In this document: positions 54,101 to 64,000 of the stretch, piece after piece
Layout of the letters: each line of letters starts with the position of its first letter
Numbering within the stretch: position 1 is the first letter of the stretch
DNA from: the human T2T-CHM13v2.0 reference genome, Homo sapiens
DNA: 64,000 nucleotides
Reading direction: 5' to 3' (one strand)
Assembly (NCBI RefSeq): GCF_009914755.1
Contig: NC_060933.1
Position numbers and translations under genes: made by a program
Notes under the pieces: model-generated
Told to the model about the DNA's origin: nothing
Seen by the model: the letters and a program-made list of their open reading frames with translations, nothing else
The model's database searches: none

Positions 54101-57100
54101 CATTCCACTCTTGTTGATACCATTCCTTTCCATTCCACTCGAATACATTCCCTCCTATTCCACTCGGAACGATTCCATTCCATTCCATTCCATTCCATTC
54201 CATTCCATTTCGTTCCATTCCATTCTATTCCGTATCATTCCATTCCATTCCATTCCATTCCATTCCATTCCATTCCATTCCATTGTACTCAGGTTGATTC
54301 AATTCCATTTCATTCCATTCCATTCCATTCCATTCCATTCCATTCCATTCCGTTGCATTCCATTCCATTACATTCGGATTGATTCTATTCAACTCCCTTA
54401 CTCTCCATTACATTCCATTCCATTCGTGTTGTTCCATTCCATTCCATTCCATTCCACTCTATTCCATTGCACTCGGGTTGATTCCATTCCATTCCATTCC
54501 ATTCCATTCCATTCCGGATGATTCCATTCCATTGCATTCCGTTCCATTACATTCCCCTGCACTCGCGTTGATTCCATTCCATTCCATTCAATTCCATTCC
54601 ATTACAATTCGTTCCATTCCATTCTATTCCGTACCATTCCATTCCATTCCATACCATTCCATTCCATTCCATTCCATTCCATTCCGTTCCATTCCGTTCC
54701 ATTCCATTCCATTCCATTCTATTCGGATTAATTCCATTCCATTCCATTCCATTACATTCTATTCCATTCCATTGAAATCGAGTTGAATCCATTGCATTTC
54801 ATTCCATTCCATTCCATTCCATTCCATTCCGGAAGATTCCATTCCATTGCATTCCATTCCATTCCATTCCCCTGCACTCGCGTTGATTCCATTCCATTCC
54901 ATTCCATTCCGTTCCATTCCATTCCATTCCATTCCATTCCATTCCATTCCGTTCCGTTCCATTCCATTCCATTCCATTCTATTCGGGTTAATTCCATTCC
55001 ATTCCATTCGATTGCAATCGAGTTGATTCCATTCCATTCCATTCCATTCCATTCCATTCCATTCCGTTCCGTTCCATTCCATTCCATTCCATTCCATTTC
55101 ATTCCGTTCCGTTCCATTCCATTCCATTCCATTCCATTCTATTCGGGTTAATTCCATTCCATTCCATTCGATTGTAATCGAGTTGATTCCCTTCCATTCC
55201 ATTCCATTCCATTCCATTCCATTCCATTCCATTCCATTCCTTTCCATTCCATTACGGATGATTCCATTCCATTGCATTCCATTCCATTCCATTCCCCTGT
55301 ACTCGGGTTGATTCCATTCCATTCCATTCCAATCCATGCCATTCCACTCGTGTTGATTCCATTCTTTCCATTCCATTCAAGTTGAATCCATTCCATTGCA
55401 TTCCATTCCTTTCGATTCCATTCTATTGCACTCGGGTTGATTCAATTCCATTGCATTCCATTCCATTCCATTCCATTCCATTCCGTTGCATTCCATTCCA
55501 TTACATTCCGATTGATTCTATTCAACTCCCTTACTCTCCATTACATTCCATTCCATTCGGGTTGTTCCATTTCATTCCATTCCATTGCACTCCATTCCAT
55601 TGCACTCGGGTTGATTCCATTCCATTCCATTCCATTCCATTCCATTCCATTCCGGATGATTCCATTCCATTACATTCCGTTCCATTACATTCCCCTGCAC
55701 TCGCGTTGATTCCATTCCATTCCATTCCATTCCATTCAATTCCATTCCATTACAATTCGTTCCATTCCATTCTATTCCGTACCATTCCATTCCATTCCAT
55801 ACCATTCCATTCCATTCCATTCCATTCCATTCCATTCCGTTCCATTCCATTCCATTCCATTCTATTCGGGTTAATTCCATTCCATTCCATTCCATTCCAT
55901 TCCATTCCATTCCATTCCATTCTATTCCATTCCATTGCAATCGAGTTGAATCCATTGCATTTCATTCCATTCCATTCCATTCCATTCCATTCCGGAACAT
56001 TCCATTCCATTGCATTCCATTCCATTCCATTCCCCTGCACTCGCGTTGATTCCATTCCATTCCATTCCATTCCATTCCATCCATTCCATTCCGTTCTGTT
56101 CCATTCCATTCCATTCCATTCCATTCCGTTCCGTTCCATTCCATTCCACTCCATTCTATTCGGGTTAATTCCATTCCATTCCATTCGATTGCAATCGAGT
56201 TGATTCCATTCCATTCCATTCCATTCCATTCCATTCCATTCCTTTCCATTCCATTACGGATGATTCCATTCCATTGCATTCCATTCCATTCCATTCCCCT
56301 GCACTCGCGTTGATTCCATTCCATTCCATTCCGTTCCATTCCATTCCATTCCATTCCATTCCATTCCATTCCGTTCCGTTCCATTCCATTCCATTCCATT
56401 CTATTTGGGTTAATTCCATTCCATTCCATTCGATTGCAATCGAGTTGATTCCATTCCATTCCATTCCATTCCATTCCATTCCATTCCATTCCTTTCCATT
56501 CCATTACGGATGATTCCATTCCATTGCATTCCATTCCATTTCATTCCCCTGTACTCAGGTTGATTCCATTCCATTCCATTCCAATCCATGCCATTCCACT
56601 CGTGTTGATTCCATTCTTTCCATTCCATTCAAGTTGAATCCATTCCATTGCATTCCATTCAATTCGATTCCATTCGATTGCACTCGGGTTGATTCCATTC
56701 CATTGCATTCCATTCCATTCCATTCCATTCCATTCCATTCCATTCCATTACGTTCCATTCCATTCCTTTACATTCGGATTGATTCTACTCAATTCCCTTA
56801 CACTCCATTACATTCCATTCCATTCGGGTAGTTTCCATTCCATTCCATTCCATTCCTCTCCATTGCATTGCAATCGGGTTGATTCCATTCCATTGCATTC
56901 CATTCCATTCCATTCAATTCCATTCCGTTCCATTCCATTCCATTACATTCGGATTGATTCTATTCAACTCCCTTACTCTCCATTACATTCCATTCCATTC
57001 GGGTTGTTCCATTCCATTCCATTCCATTCCACTCCATTCCATTGCACTCGGGTTGATTCCATTCCATTCCATTGCATTCCATTCCATTCCGGAAGATTCC

Positions 57101-60100
57101 ATTCCATTGCATTCCATTCCATTCCATTCCCCTGCACTCGCGTTGATTCCATTCCATTCCATTCCATTCCATTCCATTCCATTCCATTCCTTTCCGTTCC
57201 ATTCCATTCCATTCCATTCCATTCCAATCCATTCCATTCCGTTCCGTTCCGTTCCATTCCATACCATTCCATTCTATTCGGGTTAATTCCATTCGATTCC
57301 ATTCGATTGCAATCGAGTTGATTCCATTCCATTCTATTCCATTTCATTCCATTCCATTCCATTCCTTTCCATTCCATTCCATTACGGATGATTCCATTCC
57401 ATTGCATTCCATTCCATTCCATTCCCCTGTACTCGGGTTGATTCCATTCCATTCCATTCCAATCCATGCCATTCCACTCGTGTTGATTCCATTCTTTCCA
57501 TTCCATTCAAGTTGAATCCATTCCATTGCATTCCATTCCATTCCATTCCCCTGCAGTCGGGTTGATTCCATTCCATTCCATTCCATTCCGTTCCGTTCCA
57601 TTCCATTCCATTCCATTCTATTCGGGTTAATTCCATTCCATTCCATTCCATTCCATTCCAATCGAGTTGATTCCATTCCATTCCATTCCATTCCATTCCA
57701 CTCCATTCCAGTCCTTTCCATTCCATTCCACTCGGGTTGATTCCAATGTATTCCTTTCCATTCCATTCCATTCCATTGCAATCGAGTTGATTCCATTGCT
57801 TTGCATTCCATTCCATTCCATTCCATTCCGGATGATTCCATTCCATTGCATTCCATTCCATTCCATTCCCCTGCACTCGGGTTGATTCCATTCCATTCCA
57901 CTCCATTCCGCTCCATTCCATTCCATTCCAATGTATTCGGGTTAATTCCATTCCATTCCATTCCATTCCATTCCATTCCATTACAATCGAGTTGATTCCA
58001 TTCCATTCCATTCCATTCCAGTCCTTTCCATTCCATTCCACTCTTGTTGATTCCATTCTATTAGTTTCCATTCCATTCCATTCCCTTCCATTCCACTCTG
58101 GTTGATACCATTCCTTTCCATTCCACTCGAATACATTCCCTCCTATTCCACTCGGAACGATTCCATTCCATTCCATTCCATTCCATTCCATTCCATTCCA
58201 TTTCGTTCCATTCCATTCTATTCCGTATCATTCCATTCCATTCCATTCGATTCCATTCTATTCCATTCCATTCCATTCCATTGTACTCGGGTTGATTCAA
58301 TTCCATTGCATTCCATTCCATTCCATTCCATTCCATTCCGTTGCATTCCATTCCATTACATTCGGATTGATTCTATACAACTCCCTTACTCTCCGTTACA
58401 TTCCATTGCACTCGGGTTGATTCCATTCCATTCCATTCCATTCCATTCCATTCCATTCCATTCCGGATGATTCCATTCCATTGCATTCCGTTCCATTACA
58501 TTCCCTTGCACTCGCGTTGATTCCATTCAATTCCATTCCATTCCATTCAATTCCATTCCATTACAATTCGTTCCATTCCATTCTATTCCGTACCATTCCA
58601 TTCCATTCCATACCATTCCATTCCATTCCATTCCATTCCGTTCCGTTCCATTCCGTTCCATTCCATTCCATTCCATTCTATTCGGATTAATTCCATTCCA
58701 TTCCATTCCATTCCATTCTATTCCATTCCATTGCAATCGAGTTGAATCCATTGCATTTCATTCCATTCCATTTCATTCCATTCCATTCCGGAAGATTCCA
58801 TTCCATTCCATTCCATTCCATTCCATTCCCCTACAGTCGCGTTGATTCCATTCCATTGCATTCCATTCCATTCCATTCCGTTCCGTTCCATTCCATTCCA
58901 TTCCATTTCATTCCGTTCCGTTCCATTCCATTCCATTCCATTCCATTCTATTCGGGTTAATTCCATTCCATTCCATTCGATTGTAATCGAGTTGATTCCA
59001 TTCCATTCCATTCCATTCCATTCCATTCCATTCCAGTCCTTTCCATTCCATTCCACTCGGGTTGATTCCATTCTATTAGTTTCCATTCCATTGCATTCCC
59101 TTCCATTCCACTCTTGGTGATACCATTCCTTTCCATTCCACTCGAATACATTCCCTCCTATTCCACTCGGAACGATTCCATTGCATTCCATTCCATTCCA
59201 TTCCATTCCATTTCGTTCCATTCCATTCTATTCCGTATCATTCCATTCCATTCCATTCCATTCCATTGTACTCAGGTTGATTCAATTCCATTGCATTCCA
59301 TTCCATTGCATTCCATTCCATTCCATTCCGGATGATTCCATTCCATTGCATTCCATTCCATTCCATTCCCCTGCACTCGGGTTGATTCCATTCCATTCCA
59401 TTCCATTGCATTCCATTCCATTCCCTTCCGGATGATTCCATTGCATTGCATTCCATTCCATTCCATTCCCCTGCACTCGGGTTGATTCCATTCCATTCCA
59501 TTACATTACATTCCGTTCCATTCCATTCCATTCCATTCGGATTGATTCTATTCAATTCCCTTACACTCCATTACATTCCATTCCGTTCGGGTAGTTTCCA
59601 TTCCATTCCATTCCATTCCTCTCCATTCCATTGCACTCGGGTAGATTCCATTCCATTCCATTCCATTACATTACATTCCATTCCATTACATTCCATTCCA
59701 TTCCATTCCATTCCATTGTACTCGGGTTGATTCCATTCCATTGCATTCCATTCCATTCCGTTCCATTCCATTACATTCGTATTGATTCTATTCAACTCCC
59801 TTACTCTCCATTATATTCCATTCCATTCGGGTTGTTCCATTCCATTCCATTCCATTCCACTCCATTCCATTGCACTCAGGTTGATTCCATTCCATTCCAT
59901 TCCATTCCATTCGATTCCATTCCATTCCATTCCAGTCCATTCCATTCCATTCCATTCCATTCCATTCCATTCCATTCCGGATGATTCCATTCCATTGCAT
60001 TCCGTTCCATTCCATTCCCCTGCACTCGGGTTGATTCCATTCTATTCCATTACATTCGGATTGATTCTATTCAACTCCCTTACTCTCCATTACATTCCAT

Positions 60101-63100
60101 TCCATTCGGGTTGTTCCATTCCATTCCATTGCATTCCACTCCATTCCATTGCACTCAGGTTGATTCCATTCCATTCCATTCCATTCCATTCGATTCCATT
60201 CCATTCCATTCCATTCCATTCCATTCCATTCCATTCCATTCCATTCCATTCCGGATGATTACATTCCATTGCATTCCTTTCCATTCCATTCCCCTGTACT
60301 CGGGTTGATTCCATTCCTTTCCATTCCAATCCATGCCATTCCACTCGTGTTGATTCCATTCTTTCCATTCCATTCAAGTTGAATCCATTCCATTGCATTC
60401 CATTCCATTCCATTCCCCTGCAGTCGGGTTGATTCCATTCCATTCCATTCCATTCCATTCCATTCCATTCCGTTCCGTTCCGTTCCATTCCATTCCATTC
60501 CTTTCTATTCGGGTTAATTCCATTCCATTCCATTCCATTCCATTCCAATCAAGTTGATTCCATTCCATTCCATTCCATTCCATTCCATTCCATTCCACTC
60601 CATTCCAGTCCTTTCCATTCCATTCCACTCGGGTTGATTCCATTCTATTAGTTTCCATTCCATTCCATTCCCTTCCATTCCACTCTGGTTGATACCATTC
60701 CTTTCCATTCCACTCGAATACATTCCCTCCTATTCCACTCGGAACGATTCCATTCCATTCCATTCCATTCTATTCCATTCCATTCCATTTCGTTCCATTC
60801 CATTCTATTCCGTATCATTCCATTCCATTCCATTCCATTCCATTCCATTCCATTCCATTCCATTGTACTCGGGTTGATTCAATTCCATTGCATTCCATTC
60901 CATTCCATTCCATTCCATTCCGTAGCATTCCATTCCATTACATTCGGATTGATTCTATTCAACTCCCTTACTCTCCATTACATTCCATTCCATTCGGGTT
61001 GTTCCATTCCATTCAATTCCATTCCACTCCATTCCATTGCACTCGGGTTGATTCCATTCCATTCCATTGCATTCCATTCCATTCCATTCCATTCCGGATG
61101 ATTCCATTCCATTGCATTCCGTTCCATTACATTCCCCTGCACTCGCGTTGATTCCATTCCATTCCATTCCATTCCATTCCATTCCATTCCATTCCATTCC
61201 ATTACAATTCGTTCCATTCCATTCTATTCCGTACCATTCCTTTCCATTCCATACCATTCCATTCCATTCCATTCCATTCCGTTCCATTCCGTTCCATTCC
61301 ATTCCATTCCATTCTATTCGGATTAATTCCATTCCATTCCTTTCCATTCCATTCTAATCCATTCCATTGCAATCGAGTTGAATCCATTGCATTTCATTCC
61401 ATTCCATTCCATTCCATTCCAGAAGATTCCATTCCATTGCATTCCATTCCATTCCATTCCCCTGCACTCGCGTTGATTCCATTCCATTCCATTCCATTCC
61501 ATTCCGTTCCGTTCCGTTCCATTCCATTCCATTCCATTCCGTTCCGTTCCATTCCATTCCATTCCATTCTATTCGGGTTAATTCCATTCCATTCCATTCG
61601 ATTGCAATCGAGTTGATTCCATTCCATTCCATTCCATTCCATTCCATTCCATTCCTTTCCATTCCATTACGGATGATTCCATTCCATTGCATTCCATTCC
61701 ATGCCATTCCCCTGTACTCGGGTTGATTCCATTCCATTCCATTCCAATCCATGCCATTCCACTGGTGTTGATTCCATTCTTTCCATTCCATTCAAGTTGA
61801 TTCAATTCCATTGCATTCCATTCCATTCGATTCCATTCGAGTGCACTCGGGTGGATTCCATTCCATTGCATTCCATTCCATTCCATTCCATTCCATTCCA
61901 TTCCATTCCGTTCCATTCCATTCCATTACATTCGGATTGATTCTATTCAATTCCCTTACACTCCATTACATTCCATTCCATTCGGGTAGTTTCCATTCCA
62001 TTCCATTCCATTCCTCTCCATTCCACTGCACTCGGGTTGATTCCATTCCATTGCATTCCATTCCATTCCATTCAATTCCATTCCTTTCCATTCCATTCCA
62101 TTACATTCGGATTGATTCTATTCAACTCCCTTACTCTCCATTACTTTCCATTCCATTCGGGTTGTACCATTCCATTCCATTCCATTCCACTCCATTCCAT
62201 TGCACTCGGGTTGATTCCATTCCATTCCATTCCATTCCATTCCATTCCATTCCATTCCGGAAGATTACATTCCATTGCATTCCATTCCATTCCGTTCCCC
62301 TGCACTCGCGTTGATTCCATTCCATTCCATTCTATTCCATTCCATTCCCTTCCTTTCCGTTCCATTGCATTCCATTCCATTCCATTCCGTTCCGTTCCAT
62401 TCCATTCCATTCCATTCTATTCGGGTTAATTCCATTCCATTCCATTCGATTGCAATCGAGTTGATTCCATTCCATTCCATTCCATTCCAATCCATTCCAT
62501 TCCTTTCCATTCCATTACGGATGATTCCATTCCATTGCATTCCATTCCATTCCATTCCCCTGCACTCGGGTTGATTCCATTCCATTCCATTCCATTACAT
62601 TCCGTTCCATTCCATTCCATTCCATTCGGATTGATTCTATTCAATTCCCTTACACTCCATTACATTCCATTCCATTCGGGTAGTTTCCATTCCATTCCAT
62701 TCCATTCTATTCCATTCCATTCCCTTCCTTTCCGTTCCATTCCATTCCATTCCATTCCATTCCGTTCCGTTCCATTCCTTTCCATTCCATTCTATTCGGG
62801 TTAATTCCATTCCATTCCATTCCATTCGATTCCATTCGATTGCACTCGGGTTGATTCCATTCCATTCCATTCCATTCCATTTCATTCCATTCCTTTCCAT
62901 TACATTCGGATTGATTCTATTCAATTCCCTTACACTCCATTACATTCCATTCCATTCGGGATGTTTCCATTCCGTTCCATTCCATTCCACTCCATTCCAT
63001 TGCATCGGGTTGATTCCATTCCATTCCATTCCATTCCATTCCATTCCATTCCATTCCATTCCGGATGATTCCATTCCATTGCATTCCATTCCATTCCATT

Positions 63101-64000
63101 CCCCTGCACTCGGGTTGATTACATTCCATTCCCTTCCCTTCCATTCCTTTCCATTCCATTCCATTCCATTCCATTCTATTCGGGTGAATTCCATTCCATT
63201 CCATTCCATTCCATTCCATTCCATTCCATTCCATTCCATTCCCCTGCATTCGGGTTGATTCCATTCAATTCCATTCCATTAAATTCCATTCTATTCCATT
63301 CCGTTCCATTCCATTCCATTCCATTCCATTCCATTCCAATGGAGTTGATTCCATTCCGTTCCATTCCATTCCATTCCACTCCATTCCAGTCCTTTCCATT
63401 CCATTCCACTCGGGTTGATTCCATTCTATTCCTTTCCATTCCATTCCATTCCATTGCAATCAAGTTGATTCCACTGCATTGCATTCCATTCCATTCCATT
63501 CCATTCCGGATGATTCCATTCCATTGCATTCCATTCCATTCCATTCCCCTGCACTCGGGTTGATTCCATTCCATTCCACTCCATTCCGTTCCATTCCATT
63601 CCATTCCATTGTATTCGTGTTAATTCCATTCAATTCCATTCCATTCCATTCCATTCCATTCCATTACAATCGAGTTGATTCCATTCCATTCCATTCCATT
63701 CCATTCCAATCCATTCCACTCCATTCCTTTCCATTCTATTCCACTCGGGTTGATTCCATTCTATTAGTTTCCATTCCATTCCATTCCCTTCCAATCCACT
63801 CTGGTTGATTCCATTCCTTTCCATTCCACCCGAATACATTCCCTCCTATTCCACTCAGAACGATTCCATTCCATTCCATTCCATTCCATTCCATTCCATT
63901 TCGTTCCATTCCATTCTATTCCGTACCATTCCATTCCATTCCATTCCATTCCATTCCACTCGTGTTGATTCCATTCCTTTCCGTTCCATTCGGTTTGAAG

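Larger units (their letters stand above)
1..64000 (+). repeat. Human/primate Satellite III (HSat3) array, (CATTC)n on + strand, HSat3B-like (pericentromeric heterochromatin; possibly chr9q12 HSat3B5)
   Basis: Seen: CATTC pentamer dominates from base 1 to 64000 in one orientation, with long perfect runs interrupted by ACTCGGGTTG/ATTCGGGTT-type 10-mers. Established: (ATTCC)n with interspersed A(C/T)TCGGGTTG is the classical definition of Satellite III; HSat2 instead has a degenerate ~23/26-bp CATTCGATTC-rich unit. The subfamily and chromosome call is inference and much less certain than the family call. Confidence 0.97.

Noticed and set aside
1-64000. Hundreds of ORFs encoding MEWNG/IPFHS repeat proteins, e.g. 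34416..35744 (442 aa), 25169..26137, 11023..11970
   Set aside because: Three pentamers equal five codons and the pure repeat has no stop codon on either strand, so overlapping ORFs arise in all six frames with the same peptide. There is no domain, codon structure or unique sequence.
1-64000. CRISPR-like repeat/spacer arrangement (conserved words separated by variable spacers)
   Set aside because: The spacers are CATTC runs rather than unique sequences, the conserved words are heterogeneous, and there are no cas genes or leader.
1-64000. HSat2, or a regular fixed-period HSat3 array such as Y-chromosomal DYZ1
   Set aside because: Long perfect CATTC runs and ACTCGGGTTG landmarks fit HSat3 rather than HSat2. 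Landmark spacing is irregular and shows no constant ~3.6-kb period.
1-64000. Telomeric repeats or G-quadruplex arrays suggested by GGGTTA words
   Set aside because: GGGTTA occurs singly inside the CGGGTTAATT landmark and never in tandem; G3 tracts are generally too sparse for canonical four-tract quadruplexes.

Overview
The whole 64-kb window is one uninterrupted, single-orientation tandem array of the pentamer (CATTC)n/(GGAAT)n. It is punctuated by recurring 10-mer-type landmarks (ACTCGGGTTG, AATCGAGTTG, CTCGCGTTG, ATTCGGGTTAATT, CCGGATGATT, CCGGAAGATT). This is the signature of human/great-ape classical Satellite III (HSat3), most like the CAACCCGAG-containing HSat3B type; chromosome 9q12 (HSat3B5) is plausible but cannot be proven from the sequence alone. 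I found no credible protein-coding gene, RNA gene, transposon insertion, CRISPR array or strand inversion. All ORFs in the track (MEWNG.../IPFHS...) are artefacts of translating the pentamer. The array is not a fixed higher-order repeat. It is a mosaic of about ten conserved landmark modules in a conserved order with skips and loops, overlaid by nested duplications (50 bp, ~280 bp, ~540 bp, 1007 bp, ~1.2 kb, 1659 bp, ~7 kb, and a block seen three times ~21-22.5 kb apart) and a distinct central variant sub-domain (~18.6-33.8 kb). The most interesting signals are: (i) one module contains a perfect three-unit heat-shock element TTCnnGAAnnTTC, about 39 intact copies, with variation concentrated in the nn spacers; (ii) all ~110 pentamer register slips are -1; (iii) an almost invariant 175-bp paralogous module pair. 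All counts and coordinates were made by eye and may be off by a few bases or copies; block boundaries are approximate.
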